Positions 1-12,587 of a DNA stretch of 64,000 nucleotides are shown in pieces. This stretch comes from Bdellovibrio sp. (GTDB lineage: Bacteria; Bdellovibrionota; Bdellovibrionia; Bdellovibrionales; Bdellovibrionaceae), in the NCBI RefSeq assembly GCF_036384735.1, contig NZ_DASVLT010000038.1, forward strand, positions 148 to 64,147, read 5' to 3'. A program made the translations under genes and the position numbers. Numbering within the stretch: position 1 is the stretch's first letter; each line of letters begins with the position of its first letter. A model generated the notes under the pieces. The model was not told the origin of the DNA and did not search any database. It was given only the letters and a program-made list of their open reading frames with translations.

Positions 1-1034
1 CCAAGTGACCAGAAAAAATTTGGTGTGTTCACAAGATCTTTCAAAGAAGTCGCATTATACCCGGCCGCCGCAGAAAGACTGAGTTGAGGATAATAAGCAG
101 CTGTAGAAATGCCTATGGCTGCATTAGCAGCAGCCATTCCACGTTCTGCGGCAGCGATATCAGGTCGTCTTTCTAGCAGAGTAGACGGGACAGTGATAGG
201 AACAGTTGGAGGATTTTCTTTCAACTGTGTAGGTTCAATAATTAAATTTCCTGCCGGTTTCCCAATTAAAAGTGCAATGGCATGTTCATACTGAGACCGT
301 GCGATTTTTAAATTCGTTGATTGTGCAATGATCGTCTTTAATTGTGTCTCTGCCTGAACGACAGTCTCGTCCGAGCCGATACCGGTTCTTAGTAAAACCT
401 GATTTAATTTCAAACTTCCTTCATAAGCGCCTACCGTCGAATCAAAAAGTCGAATCAACTCGTCTTGGGCGCGCAGCTCATAGTAAGTGGTGGCAAGTTC
501 TGCTTGTTGAGATAAGCGCATATTTTCTAAATCTGCGGCATTTAGCTGAGCGTTGGCGATACTTTGTTTGACGGCGCTTTGAACCTTTCCCCAAAGATCA
601 GGAACCCACGATGCTTCAAGTGGCAAAGTAAAGAGTGTCGTCGTTTCATTTGTTCCATTTGGATTTCCCGACGAAGCGCCTTTAGATTTTGTCACGCTGG
701 GAGCTATACTTAATGTTGGATAGTATTGGGCACGAGCTGCTTTAATTAATGCCTTCGCTTGGCGAAGATTTGCGATAGCTGCAGCGACGTTTTGGTTCGA
801 TGTATTCACTTGCTCTTCAAGTTGATTAAGTTGTGGGTCGTTGAAGAGCTCCCACCACTTACCCTTGTTTAATGCGTCCTTAGGATCAGCTTGCTTCCAT
901 TCGGTATTTGTCTCTTTGAAAGCCTTTGGTGTTTCGATAGAAGGTCTTTCGTATTTAGGGCCCGTAACACAAGCATTAAGAAGTAAGCACCATAAACATA
1001 AGAATCTAAAAGAAGAAAAATTATTTTCTTTCAT
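1..1034 (-). CDS. RND efflux outer-membrane lipoprotein (NodT/OprM family), 3'-truncated by the window edge; not in the ORF track
   Basis: Manual translation from ATG at 1034: [22 protein letters not shown]|VTGPKYERP...KGKWWELFNDPQLNQL...PDLWGKV...LLERRPDIAAAER. Lipobox plus OprM-type motifs. Start overlaps the mdtC stop. Confidence 0.92.
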   Translation of the reverse strand, partial: MKENNFSSFRFLCLWCLLLNACVTGPKYERPSIETPKAFKETNTEWKQADPKDALNKGKWWELFNDPQLNQLEEQVNTSNQNVAAAIANLRQAKALIKAARAQYYPTLSIAPSVTKSKGASSGNPNGTNETTTLFTLPLEASWVPDLWGKVQSAVKQSIANAQLNAADLENMRLSQQAELATTYYELRAQDELIRLFDSTVGAYEGSLKLNQVLLRTGIGSDETVVQAETQLKTIIAQSTNLKIARSQYEHAIALLIGKPAGNLIIEPTQLKENPPTVPITVPSTLLERRPDIAAAERGMAAANAAIGISTAAYYPQLSLSAAAGYNATSLKDLVNTPNFFWSL

Positions 1035-4000
1035 GTTGATTCTCCGATTCTAAAGACGGTTGTTTTTTCTTTTTTGATTTCGGACTCAGTTTATCCAATA
1101 AAAGATAAACAATCGGCGTGGTATATAACGTTTGAATCTGACTAAAGATCAATCCACCAATGATTGTAACACCTAAAGGCCTGCGCAGTTCAGAGCCCAT
1201 GCCTGTTCCGAAAGCCAGGGGCACGGCACCTAAAAGTGCTGCCAGTGTTGTCATCAAAATAGGACGAAATCGTAATAAGCATGCTTCATAAATCGCATCT
1301 CGAGAATTTTTTCCTTCATTGCGTTCGGCGGAAATTGCGAAGTCGATCATTAAGATCGCATTTTTTTTCACGATACCAATCAGTAATAAAATTCCAATCA
1401 ATGCCACCACGCTGAGGTCCAATTTGAAGAGCATTAAAATTAAAACTCCTCCGACGCCGGCAGAAGGAAGTGTTGATAGGATTGTGATGGGGTGAACAAA
1501 ACTTTCATAAAGCATCCCAAGGACGATATAAACAGCCAGCAGAGCCGTGACGATCAAGAGTGGCTCTGTTGAAAGAGAATCTTTAAAGGCTTGCAGAGTT
1601 CCAGCAAACATACCGCGGATAGACTGTGGCATGCCTAAGCTGATCTTTAACTTCTCTATTGCATCAGAGGCGGTTCCTAAAGCCATGCCGTTAGCAAGAT
1701 TGAAGGAAATCGTTACCGCGGGGAAAAGCCCTTGATGATTTACTGTGAGTGGCGCTGTTGTGATCGTATGATGTCCAAGCGCTCGCAGCGGTACGATATT
1801 GCCCGCGGATGTTTTAATGTAAGTGTCTTCCAGGGACTCCGGTGATTGCCAATATTCTGGAGCCACATTCATGACCACGAAATATTGATTTTGAGCTGTA
1901 TACATTTTTGAAACTTGCGCCTGCCCAAATGAATTATAAAGACTGGTATCGATCAGCTGAGCATTGATCCCGAGGCGTGCTGCTGTAGGGCGATCGTACT
2001 CTATCAAAGCTTTCAGTCCCTTGTTTTGTTGATCTGAGTTGACGTCAGTCAATCCCGGAATGCCCTTCATGCCATTAAGTAAGACAGGTCCCCATTTTTC
2101 AAGATCCTGAACACTGTCGCTTTGAATCGTGTATTGAAACTGTGCATTGCTTTGACGGCCGCCGATGCGTACGTCTTGTCCCGCTTGTAAGAAAGCAGAA
2201 GCGCCAGGCACTGTCATCAGTGGGCCACGCAAGCGATTCAGAACATCAGATGATGAAACATTGTTGCGGTCCTCTAAAGGCTTAAGGGCGACATAGATAA
2301 ACCCACCGTTCGTAGAACCTGTGCCTCCGGTAAAAGTAACTGCATGCAGGACAGCAGGATCTTTCTTCACGATATTCGCAAACTCAAGAATCACCTTGTT
2401 CATCGTTTGAAATGAAATGTCCTGGGACCCCTGCACACCACCGATGAGCGTCCCGTTGTCTTGCTGTGGAAAAAATCCTTTGGGTATATAGAAGAATAGA
2501 ACTCCCGTGGCCACGACAGTTAGAAGTAAGACGGATAACGCCCAATATTCATGACGTAATACCACCGTTAAGGTTTTTTCGTAAAACGTCAGCATGCCTT
2601 CAAAGATCTTTTCGCTTTTTATATAGAGCTTACTGCGCTTCTGATCTTTTTTACTTTTTAAAATTCTTGCGCACATCATCGGCGTTGCAGTTAACGAAAT
2701 GATCAATGAAACCAAAATTGCTATGGAAAGAGTCATCGCAAACTCCCGAAAAAGACGCCCGACAATTCCTCCCATTAAAAGTATAGGAATGAAAACTGAA
2801 ACTAACGAGATGCTCATCGATAAAACCGTAAAGCCAATTTCGCTGGCGCCTTTAAGAGCTGCTTTCCAGGGAGTTTCTCCCTCTTCAAGATAGCGTGAAA
2901 TATTTTCGATCACGACAATGGCATCGTCCACGACAAATCCCGTAGAGATAGTTAAAGCCATCAGGGTCAGATTATTCAAGCTATACCCTAGCAAGTACAT
3001 CACACCGAGAGTGCCGATAAGAGATGCCGGTACGGCAACACTTGGAATCATTGTTGCGCGTGCGTCTCGCAAAAATGCGAAGACAACCAAAATCACGAGC
3101 AGAATTGAAATGATTAAGGTTCGTTCTACATCTTTTACAGAGGCTCGGATAGTCGTTGTGCGATCAAGAACCACAGTAAAATTAATTGCCGAAGAAACCG
3201 ACGCTTCAAGAGACGGTAATGCTGTGCGAATGCGATCTACTGTATCAATGATATTTGCGTTAGGGGCCCGGAAAATAATCAAAGCAACAGCGGGGTGCCC
3301 GTCCATATAACCGGCAGAACGAATATCTTGGACTCCGTCTTCGACAGTGGCGATGTCAGACAGTCTAATGGCAGAACCATTTTTATATCCCACGATGAGA
3401 GGCTTATATTGTTGTGCCTTTAAAAGTTGATCGTTCGCATAGATATCGTACATTTTTTCGCTGTCGGCTAATTGTCCCTTCGGTAGATTTGCATTTTGTG
3501 CTCTTAAGACAGCCGCAACGTCGGGAAGACCCAAACCTAAGTTGTTAAGCTGTGTTGGCTGGACAGTCACGCGCACCGAAGGCAAAGAGCTTCCCCCGAT
3601 AAGAACTTGGCCGACACCTTCGATTTGTGAAATGCGCTGCTGGATAACTGTTGAGGCTGCATCGTACAATTGTCCGCGATTCATCGTATCTGAAGTTAAC
3701 GCCAAAATCAGAATCGGCGCATCAGCGGGATTCACTTTGCGGTAATTTGGATTAGAGGGAAGATTTGCTGGCAAGTTTGTACGGGCGGCATTGATGGCTG
3801 CTTGAACGTCCCGAGCCGCACCGTTGATGTCGCGATTTAAATCAAACTGCAAAATAATAGTGGTCGTTCCTAAAGAACTTGTCGAAGTCATTTCAGTCAC
3901 ACCGGCTATATGACCGAATTGCCTTTCTAAAGGAGTCGCTACAGACGAGGCCATGATTTCGGGACTTGCCCCAGGCAAAGCGGCGCCGACAGCAATTGTT

Positions 4001-4128
4001 GGAAAATCAATTTGTGGCAGTGGGGCCACGGGCAAAAGGTTTAAAGCAACGGCGCCAGATAGAACAATGCCCACTGTTAATAAAGTGGTTGCGACAGGTC
4101 TGCGAATAAAAGGCGCTGATAAGTTCAT
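1021..4128 (-). CDS. mdtC: RND efflux transporter permease, MdtC-like
   Basis: 1035 aa; [53 protein letters not shown] motifs. Confidence 0.93.
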   Translation of the reverse strand: MNLSAPFIRRPVATTLLTVGIVLSGAVALNLLPVAPLPQIDFPTIAVGAALPGASPEIMASSVATPLERQFGHIAGVTEMTSTSSLGTTTIILQFDLNRDINGAARDVQAAINAARTNLPANLPSNPNYRKVNPADAPILILALTSDTMNRGQLYDAASTVIQQRISQIEGVGQVLIGGSSLPSVRVTVQPTQLNNLGLGLPDVAAVLRAQNANLPKGQLADSEKMYDIYANDQLLKAQQYKPLIVGYKNGSAIRLSDIATVEDGVQDIRSAGYMDGHPAVALIIFRAPNANIIDTVDRIRTALPSLEASVSSAINFTVVLDRTTTIRASVKDVERTLIISILLVILVVFAFLRDARATMIPSVAVPASLIGTLGVMYLLGYSLNNLTLMALTISTGFVVDDAIVVIENISRYLEEGETPWKAALKGASEIGFTVLSMSISLVSVFIPILLMGGIVGRLFREFAMTLSIAILVSLIISLTATPMMCARILKSKKDQKRSKLYIKSEKIFEGMLTFYEKTLTVVLRHEYWALSVLLLTVVATGVLFFYIPKGFFPQQDNGTLIGGVQGSQDISFQTMNKVILEFANIVKKDPAVLHAVTFTGGTGSTNGGFIYVALKPLEDRNNVSSSDVLNRLRGPLMTVPGASAFLQAGQDVRIGGRQSNAQFQYTIQSDSVQDLEKWGPVLLNGMKGIPGLTDVNSDQQNKGLKALIEYDRPTAARLGINAQLIDTSLYNSFGQAQVSKMYTAQNQYFVVMNVAPEYWQSPESLEDTYIKTSAGNIVPLRALGHHTITTAPLTVNHQGLFPAVTISFNLANGMALGTASDAIEKLKISLGMPQSIRGMFAGTLQAFKDSLSTEPLLIVTALLAVYIVLGMLYESFVHPITILSTLPSAGVGGVLILMLFKLDLSVVALIGILLLIGIVKKNAILMIDFAISAERNEGKNSRDAIYEACLLRFRPILMTTLAALLGAVPLAFGTGMGSELRRPLGVTIIGGLIFSQIQTLYTTPIVYLLLDKLSPKSKKKKQPSLESENQHERK

Positions 4129-7100
4129 GGCGACTCCGATTCAGAAGGGCGATTTGGCGTTTTCTTCTGCTCAGAATTTTTTTGAAATCCGGCTTCAGAT
4201 TCTTGAATTGTTGAATGAATTTCTTGCGCTGGATTCCCTTGTTCTTCTTCGATCTCTAGGTTGGATTTTTTTGGTTTGAATTTCAAAAGTAGACGATCAA
4301 AGAAAAGATAAATCACAGGTGTCGTGTACAAAGTCAGAACTTGGCTAAGCAACAGACCGCCGACCATAGAGATACCTAAGGGTCTGCGCAGTTCAGAGCC
4401 AATACCTGTGCCGAATGCTAACGGTAGACCTGCGAATAAGGCCGCCATCGTTGTCATCATGATCGGTCTAAAACGAAGAAGGCAGGCCTGCACAATGGCC
4501 TCTTCCGGCTTCTTGTTGTCCTTTCGTTCTGCCTCCATAGCAAAGTCGACCATCATGATGCCGTTTTTCTTCACAATGCCAATGAGCAAGATGATGCCAA
4601 TGATGGAAACCACATTGAGTTCGGATCCGGTCAGCAACAAGGCAACGCACGCGCCGATACCTGCTGATGGCAGAGTCGAAAGAATTGTGATGGGATGTAT
4701 GAAGCTTTCATATAAAATTCCAAGGACGATATAGACGACAATCAAGGCTGCTGCGATTAGGATAGGTTCGTTTCTTAAGGACGAGCGGAATGCCTCTGCC
4801 GCTCCTTGGAAGCTTGCCTGAAGACTTAATGGGAAGTGAATGTTTTTAAGGACTTTCTCAATATCAGAGATAGCGGACCCCAAAGATCCGTCGGGGGAAA
4901 GATTGAACGAAATTGTCGCCATGGGAAATTGACCTAAGTGATTGATCGACATTGGCGCTGTTCTCGGTTCAAAGTGAGCAATAGCGCTGAGTGGAATCGA
5001 TCCACTTTCGGCGACTTTGGGTAAGGTGAGCGCCGTTGCAATTGCATTGGGATGAAATGCCTTCGTCGAAGATGAAAGGGTGCTTGAGGTTAATCCTGAA
5101 GTGGCAGCTAAGGCCCCGATACTCGAAGAACTTGAGGACGCCCCACTGTTGCCAGTAGCCAGTGAACTTGAAGAGCCTCCAGAAGATGTCGGAGCAGAAG
5201 ATCTCACGTAAATATCATTAAGCTTATTTGGATTTTCTTGAAAATTAGGAAGAGCTTCCAAGATGACGTGATACTGATTCGACTGAGTATACAGAGTTAG
5301 AATCTGACGTTGACCAAAGGCATCGTACAAAGTTTGATCGATGGCTGCGGCAGAGACCCCAATGCGCGAGGCCGTTTCGCGATCAATCACCAAATTCACA
5401 GCGGGCCCTTCATTAGCCAGATCTGTCGCGATGTCTTGTAAATCAGGAAGCTTTCCAAGGCGCTTCATGAATTCTTGAGTCCACGTGCGAAGTTCCTGAC
5501 TATTAGGACTTGAAAGAGTAAATTGATACTGAGTTTTACTTAGGCGATTTTCAACAGTGAGATCTTGCACGGGTTGCATGTACAAGTGAATGTCAGAGAT
5601 CTTTTCCAATTTCGGTTTCAGCCTTTCGATAACTTGTGTCGCTGTAATGCCACGATCATCATAGGGCTTTAAATTGATTTGAATGCGCCCGGTGCTAACG
5701 AGCTGATTGGTTCCGTCAATACCAATGAAGGAAGACACACTTTCGACTGCAGGATCTTCTATTACAATCTTAGCAAGCTGTTGTTGCAGTGAGGACATTG
5801 CTGGAAATGAGATTCCCGAGCGTGCCTCGGAGATCCCTTGAATAATTCCTGTATCTTGAGTCGGAAAGAATCCTTTCGGCACGATGATGTATAAGCAGAC
5901 CGTGAGTACCAATGTGCTCAAAGCGACCCACAACGTCGCGGTCTGATGGTGTAGGACCCAGTGAAGACTTCGATCGTAACTATTTAAAACCTTGTCCCAC
6001 ATTTTTTCGGTTGCAATAAAAAACCGGCTGGGCTTTTCTTCTTCGTCACTTTTTGCTTTTAAAAAAAGCGCGCACATCATCGGTGTTAATGTTAACGAGA
6101 CAATTGCAGAAATTAAAATCGTCACACTTAAGGTCACTGCGAATTCGCGAAAAAGACGACCAACGATGTCGCCCATGAAAAGAAGCGGGATCAAAACCGC
6201 AATCAAGGAGACAGTCAAAGACACGATCGTAAAGCCGATTTGCTCGGACCCTTTTAAAGCAGCATCTAGCGGAGAATCCCCTTCCTCGATGTATCGAACA
6301 ATATTTTCAATCATCACGATAGCGTCATCCACGACAAATCCCGTAGAAATCGTCAGTGCCATCAATGTTAGGTTATTCAAACTATAACCCATCAAATACA
6401 TGATCATTAAGGTGCCAATCAGCGACAGGGGGACTGCGACACTCGGGATGATGGTCGCCCGCAGGTCCCGAAGAAAGACAAAGACGACGCACACTACTAG
6501 AACAATCGTTAGCATTAATTCGAACTCGACGTCTTTCACCGAAGCGCGAATCGTAACGGTTCTGTCAGACAAAACAGAAATTTTAATCGCCGAAGGAAGA
6601 GTGTTCGTTAATGACGGCAAAAGTTTTTTAATTTTATCCACAACCTGAATAATGTTTGCACCAGGCTGACGTTGCACATTCACGATCACAGCCGGAGTTT
6701 CATTCATCCACGCCGCTTGTCGTGAGTTTTCCACGCCATCATCCACATGTGCGACATCCGATAAATAAATTGGAGCTCCATTTTGATAAGCAATGATCAC
6801 GTTTTTATAGCCCGTGCTATCTAGAAGCTGGTCATTGGCGTCGATTTGGAAAGCTTGCCTTGGGCCGTCGAAACTACCCTTTGCTAGATTCACACTGTTT
6901 TGTTGTAAAGTGGTGCGAAGATCTTCAAAGTTAAGACCATAAGAAGAAAGCGCCGTAGGATTTGCCTGAATTCGTAAAGCCGGCTTCTGTCCCCCACTGA
7001 TAGAGACGAGGCCCACGCCACTGACTTGCGAGATCTTTTGAGCAAGGCGGGTGTCGGCAATATCCTGAATCTTCGATAGCTGCATTGTATCGGACGTCAA

Positions 7101-7529
7101 AGCTAAAGTGAGGATCGGAGTATCCGCGGGATTCGTTTTGGAATAAATCGGTGGAGTTGGCAAATCTACAGGCAAATAAGTTTGTGCTGCATTGATGGCT
7201 GCCTGGACCTCCTGTTCGGCCACGTCGAGATTTAAGTCTAAAGTAAATTGCAAGACAATGACTGAACTTCCCGCGGAACTGTTCGAGCTCATTTGTGCAA
7301 GTCCTGGCATTTGACCAAACTGTCTTTCAAGGGGGGCGGTGATGGCCGAAGCTGTTACTTCTGCGTTGGCTCCGGGATAGAACGTGACGACTTGAATTGT
7401 TGGGTAATCAACTTCTGGCAACGCAGAGACTGGCAATTGTTGAAATCCCACAAGACCTGCCAGCAGAATTGCTGCCATGAATAGCGTCGTAGCTACTGGG
7501 CGCAGAATAAATGGTCTTGAGGGATTCAT
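4125..7529 (-). CDS. mdtB: RND efflux transporter permease, MdtB-like, with a Ser/Gly-rich insertion
   Basis: 1134 aa; [40 protein letters not shown]; 4-nt overlap with mdtC. Confidence 0.93.
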   Translation of the reverse strand: MNPSRPFILRPVATTLFMAAILLAGLVGFQQLPVSALPEVDYPTIQVVTFYPGANAEVTASAITAPLERQFGQMPGLAQMSSNSSAGSSVIVLQFTLDLNLDVAEQEVQAAINAAQTYLPVDLPTPPIYSKTNPADTPILTLALTSDTMQLSKIQDIADTRLAQKISQVSGVGLVSISGGQKPALRIQANPTALSSYGLNFEDLRTTLQQNSVNLAKGSFDGPRQAFQIDANDQLLDSTGYKNVIIAYQNGAPIYLSDVAHVDDGVENSRQAAWMNETPAVIVNVQRQPGANIIQVVDKIKKLLPSLTNTLPSAIKISVLSDRTVTIRASVKDVEFELMLTIVLVVCVVFVFLRDLRATIIPSVAVPLSLIGTLMIMYLMGYSLNNLTLMALTISTGFVVDDAIVMIENIVRYIEEGDSPLDAALKGSEQIGFTIVSLTVSLIAVLIPLLFMGDIVGRLFREFAVTLSVTILISAIVSLTLTPMMCALFLKAKSDEEEKPSRFFIATEKMWDKVLNSYDRSLHWVLHHQTATLWVALSTLVLTVCLYIIVPKGFFPTQDTGIIQGISEARSGISFPAMSSLQQQLAKIVIEDPAVESVSSFIGIDGTNQLVSTGRIQINLKPYDDRGITATQVIERLKPKLEKISDIHLYMQPVQDLTVENRLSKTQYQFTLSSPNSQELRTWTQEFMKRLGKLPDLQDIATDLANEGPAVNLVIDRETASRIGVSAAAIDQTLYDAFGQRQILTLYTQSNQYHVILEALPNFQENPNKLNDIYVRSSAPTSSGGSSSSLATGNSGASSSSSSIGALAATSGLTSSTLSSSTKAFHPNAIATALTLPKVAESGSIPLSAIAHFEPRTAPMSINHLGQFPMATISFNLSPDGSLGSAISDIEKVLKNIHFPLSLQASFQGAAEAFRSSLRNEPILIAAALIVVYIVLGILYESFIHPITILSTLPSAGIGACVALLLTGSELNVVSIIGIILLIGIVKKNGIMMVDFAMEAERKDNKKPEEAIVQACLLRFRPIMMTTMAALFAGLPLAFGTGIGSELRRPLGISMVGGLLLSQVLTLYTTPVIYLFFDRLLLKFKPKKSNLEIEEEQGNPAQEIHSTIQESEAGFQKNSEQKKTPNRPSESESP

Positions 7530-7531
7530 CT

Positions 7532-8782
7532 TTAGTTCCTCGTGATAGGACTGGTGGTTGTCCCCGGAGTTGTTGATGGACGAGGAACCTGCTGCTGAGG
7601 TTTGTTGCGGATTTGAACGTGAACTCCTTCCGAGAGTTTATCAAATCCACTGATAGCGATGGCTTGACCGTCGTTCAAACCTTGGACAGAGGCGTGGTCT
7701 CCCTCTGTAATTTCAACTTTAATTTTTTGTATTTTGGCTGTGCCGTCCTGTTGAATGGCATAGACGTAAGAGCCCTGCGGTCCGATTTGAATTGCGGCAG
7801 TGGGAACTAAGATCACGCCTTCTTTTGTTGTGACAAGAAGTTTTGTATTTACGAATTGGTTGGGAAATAAAGAATGCTCTTTGTTGTCGAAAATCGCGCG
7901 AATGCGCACGGTTCCTGTATTTGGATCAATTTGATTATCCATCGCAAGGAATGTTCCGGTTGCGATGAGTTTTTTCAAGCTGCGATCATAAACTTCAGCG
8001 GTCATCTGTTGCTTTTGTTTAATCTGTTCCTGGATCTGCCAAAGATTATCTTCTGCAACGCTGAAGATGACGGTAATAGGTTCAATTTGTGCGATCACCG
8101 CAAGCTGAGTTCCACCTGTTTGTACGAAATTTCCTGGATCAACCAAACGCAAACCCATCTGCCCATCAAGTGGTGAAGTGATATGTGTATAGGCAAGATT
8201 TACTTGAGCATTTTCTAAAACTCCTTCATCTGATTTCACCGTTGCTTTTGTCTGAGCCACTAATTGTTGTTGATCGCTGAATTGTTGTTGGGAAATTGCA
8301 TGAGCGGCATAGGCTTGTGTATAGCGTTTCAGATTGATCTCTGCTTGTCTTGCCAAAGAACGATCCCTATCCAATTGCCCTTGGGCTTGCAAAACGGCCG
8401 CTTGAAAAGGACGAGGATCAATTTCAATCAGCGAATCCCCTTTTTTAACGAACTGTCCTTCGCGGAAATTCACGGCGGTGATTTGACCTTGCACCTGGCT
8501 GACGACCGTCACCGAGTGCAACGGTATCACGGTGCCCAGCGCACGCACGTAAACCTTAATACTTCCTCTGCGAGCAATATCGGCTTCGATGGGAACCGCG
8601 CGCGGACCCTTCGGCGCATCTTTTTTCGGTGTGATGAAAGGCTTGATCAAGAGATAGGCGACACCGACACATAAAATCGTGATTAAGCTGATCATAAACC
8701 AGCTGCGTTTACGTGGCTTGCTTTCTTCAGGCACAGGACTTTGCGGCGAAGGAATTTCTTCGCGTTCATTTTGCTTAGGCAT
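7532..8782 (-). CDS. mdtA: RND periplasmic adaptor (membrane fusion protein), MdtA-like
   Basis: N-terminal TM helix; [19 protein letters not shown]; [18 protein letters not shown]; [10 protein letters not shown]. Start moved to MPKQ (8782); the track extension to 8902 looks non-coding. Confidence 0.9.
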   Translation of the reverse strand: MPKQNEREEIPSPQSPVPEESKPRKRSWFMISLITILCVGVAYLLIKPFITPKKDAPKGPRAVPIEADIARRGSIKVYVRALGTVIPLHSVTVVSQVQGQITAVNFREGQFVKKGDSLIEIDPRPFQAAVLQAQGQLDRDRSLARQAEINLKRYTQAYAAHAISQQQFSDQQQLVAQTKATVKSDEGVLENAQVNLAYTHITSPLDGQMGLRLVDPGNFVQTGGTQLAVIAQIEPITVIFSVAEDNLWQIQEQIKQKQQMTAEVYDRSLKKLIATGTFLAMDNQIDPNTGTVRIRAIFDNKEHSLFPNQFVNTKLLVTTKEGVILVPTAAIQIGPQGSYVYAIQQDGTAKIQKIKVEITEGDHASVQGLNDGQAIAISGFDKLSEGVHVQIRNKPQQQVPRPSTTPGTTTSPITRN

Positions 8783-9091
8783 TGATGTCTCGATTCTTGT
8801 TAAGAGTGATCGAGGTACCTGACTCAATGATAAAAACTCGTGCGTCCTTGGGATATGTCCCTTGGAGAAAGTCATAGAGTGGCCGCATTCCAGTGCTGAC
8901 AATCAAATAAGTTCTTTCAACGTTTCCACATTGCTTCAACTGTCTACTGATTTTGGTGAAGTGTTTTGATTTTGTTAGTGCACGATTACAGCTTGCACTC
9001 GCTGGGGACGGGATTGATCCTAAACCAAAGGGAAGTTCACTTTATAATTCAACTTGTACGCGGACGTCGCATTAGATAGGATTTTGCCTAG

Positions 9092-9670
9092 ATGAAATAC
9101 TCTAAGTGCGTTTCTAAATGTCTTATATCCCTGCTTTTTTGGCCGTTACTAGTAGCGTGTTCGGCATCGAACTATTCCAATAAAGTCAGTGATCAAGGGG
9201 CTGTTCCTCCGGTGGCGTCGAAGCCTATATATAGCAATGATGCGGACGGAGCGATTAATGGAAGAGCGTGGAAATTCGCGACTGGCAAGGCTTTCCTGTT
9301 TAAGCGTAATGGCCAAAGTTATCTTCAGGTGAATCTTTGGAATCAAGATATTGCAAACCCTTGTGGAGAATATTTCGGTTCCACTTTTCAAGTTCGCTTG
9401 TACACACAAAACCAAGTTGGATCGATCTCGATTGACCCATCGGACCCGTTCAACTTGATTCCGACATTGATCTTTTCCGATCTCACTCAGGCTGGCAGCA
9501 GTCGCAATAATATGGTGGCGAGCGAGGGAACGATTACGATTGATAGTATCGCCAATGGCCACATCAAGGGCTCGGTCAGTGGGAAATTCCAGGCTGGTAA
9601 CGTGAACCGCACCGAAATCTCGGGGAACTTCGACGTTCCTTTCTGTCAGCAAAAAAGCGGCTCATACTGA
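9092..9670 (+). CDS. hypothetical lipoprotein, beta-rich
   Basis: 192 aa; lipobox LLVAC after a basic/hydrophobic leader. Confidence 0.75.
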   Translation: MKYSKCVSKCLISLLFWPLLVACSASNYSNKVSDQGAVPPVASKPIYSNDADGAINGRAWKFATGKAFLFKRNGQSYLQVNLWNQDIANPCGEYFGSTFQVRLYTQNQVGSISIDPSDPFNLIPTLIFSDLTQAGSSRNNMVASEGTITIDSIANGHIKGSVSGKFQAGNVNRTEISGNFDVPFCQQKSGSY

Positions 9671-9787
9671 CACAATTGGGCCTTAAACCCCTTTTAAACC
9701 TAATATATTGCATTTGAGTCATCTTCAGGCGGGCACAGGACTTGTAATACTCCTTCCGGATGGTTGAACGTCTGTTGGAGGACTCTG

Positions 9788-10345
9788 ATGAAACTCGCTA
9801 AACACATGCCTTTAATCGCTTTTATGGCGATGACGACTTTTACATTAAAGGCACATGCTCAGTCTTCTATTGTGGCTCAAACCGTAACACAAAAGCCGGT
9901 GGTATCCGCGTCTCACGTGAAAAGCTACCGCGAGTGGAAGCATGAAATGGTGGCGGAAGCTCAAGGCAAAGTGGCTTCCATTAAAACTCAAATCGATGTT
10001 CGCAAAAATCGCACTGTGGCTGTGGGAACTGATCCTAATATGGCGCGTGCTCACGGTCTTGAAGCCGTTGCTTCTCGTGATTTGGCCCTCGAGAAATTGG
10101 AAAGAGATCTTCGCGAAGAACAGTACGATCTTGATGTTGCCAATGACCTCACAGTGACGGACTATTTCGTTGGCTATTTGACTAAGATTCAAAACAAAAA
10201 GGCCGCATTCCAAGAGGTGGCCGGCAAGTTGTCCCCTGATGAAGTCGCAGAATTAATGACGGCTTATGCGAACTCAGTATTCGGAGCACACGCTGCGGAT
10301 CTTCCGGCGAGCGCAAATAACTTGGCTAAGGACCCAGTAAAATAA
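9788..10345 (+). CDS. secreted hypothetical protein, helical/coiled-coil
   Basis: Signal peptide MKLAKH...KAHA|Q; start moved to ATG 9788 after ggagg. Confidence 0.75.
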   Translation: MKLAKHMPLIAFMAMTTFTLKAHAQSSIVAQTVTQKPVVSASHVKSYREWKHEMVAEAQGKVASIKTQIDVRKNRTVAVGTDPNMARAHGLEAVASRDLALEKLERDLREEQYDLDVANDLTVTDYFVGYLTKIQNKKAAFQEVAGKLSPDEVAELMTAYANSVFGAHAADLPASANNLAKDPVK

Positions 10346-10425
10346 TTCTTAAGACATCCCCGCATCTTAACAACATGCGTCTATATTTTCGGAGTTCAAA
10401 TTACAGAAATTTGGGACTCCCGACC

Positions 10426-10453
10426 TTGACTCCTCTCATAGCCGATTCATATT
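10426..10453 (+). promoter_or_regulatory. candidate groESL promoter (TTGACT-N16-CATATT)
   Basis: Sigma70/sigma32-like boxes about 40 nt upstream of groES; no CIRCE present. Confidence 0.35.
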
Positions 10454-10490
10454 GTCTTCGTTAATTTTAAAAACTAACGGAGGAATCTCT

Positions 10491-10793
10491 ATGGCTAAGA
10501 ACGAAATTGGCGTTCGCCCACTTCATGACAGAATTCTTGTTCGCAGAATGGCGGAAGAAGAAAAAACTGCTGGCGGTCTTTTCATCCCTGATACAGCGAA
10601 AGAAAAACCACAAAAAGGTGAAATCATCGCGACTGGTAAGGGTCGTATCACTGAAGACGGAAAAGTTCTTCCTCTTGAAGTGAAAGTTGGCGACAAAGTG
10701 CTTTTCTCTAAATACGCAGGCACAGAGTTGAAACTTGAAGGCGCAGAATACTTGATGATGCGCGAAGAAGACATCTTGGGTGTATTCAACTAG
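10491..10793 (+). CDS. groES: co-chaperonin GroES
   Basis: [19 protein letters not shown]...[15 protein letters not shown]; start at ATG 10491 after ggagg. Confidence 0.98.
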   Translation: MAKNEIGVRPLHDRILVRRMAEEEKTAGGLFIPDTAKEKPQKGEIIATGKGRITEDGKVLPLEVKVGDKVLFSKYAGTELKLEGAEYLMMREEDILGVFN

Positions 10794-10833
10794 TTCGCTC
10801 TCTTTTTTAATTTAAAGAAACTAAACGGAGTAA

Positions 10834-12483
<1,650 letters not shown>

Positions 12484-12520
12484 TTCGTGTCCCCTCGTCT
12501 GGAAAAATAATTCCAAACTT

Positions 12521-12551
12521 AAAAAGCCCGGTGATAAGCCGGGCTTTTTTT
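12521..12551. terminator. bidirectional intrinsic terminator after groEL
   Basis: aaaaagcccgg-tgataag-ccgggcttttt. Confidence 0.9.
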
Positions 12552-12566
12552 ATACAAAGCATCGCA

Positions 12567-12587
12567 AAAAGGTACGGCGTACCTTTT
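12567..12587. terminator. second hairpin, at the 3' end of the convergent minus-strand gene
   Basis: aaaaggtac-ggc-gtacctttt. Confidence 0.65.

Noticed and set aside
109-8674. Many plus-strand ORFs (60-136 aa) opposite the RND genes
   Set aside because: Antisense shadows of well-supported genes; the pair at 2699/5992 resemble each other only because mdtB and mdtC are paralogues.
8783-8902. 40-aa N-terminal extension of MdtA in the track
   Set aside because: Not similar to adaptor proteins; the internal ATG at 8782 gives the usual short-tail-plus-TM start.
8977-8999. AGTGCA-N11-TGCACT dyad upstream of the efflux operon
   Set aside because: Single short dyad with no local regulator gene; could arise by chance.
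9731-9746. GGGCAC-N5-TTGTA as a sigma54 site
   Set aside because: The -12 element lacks the conserved C.
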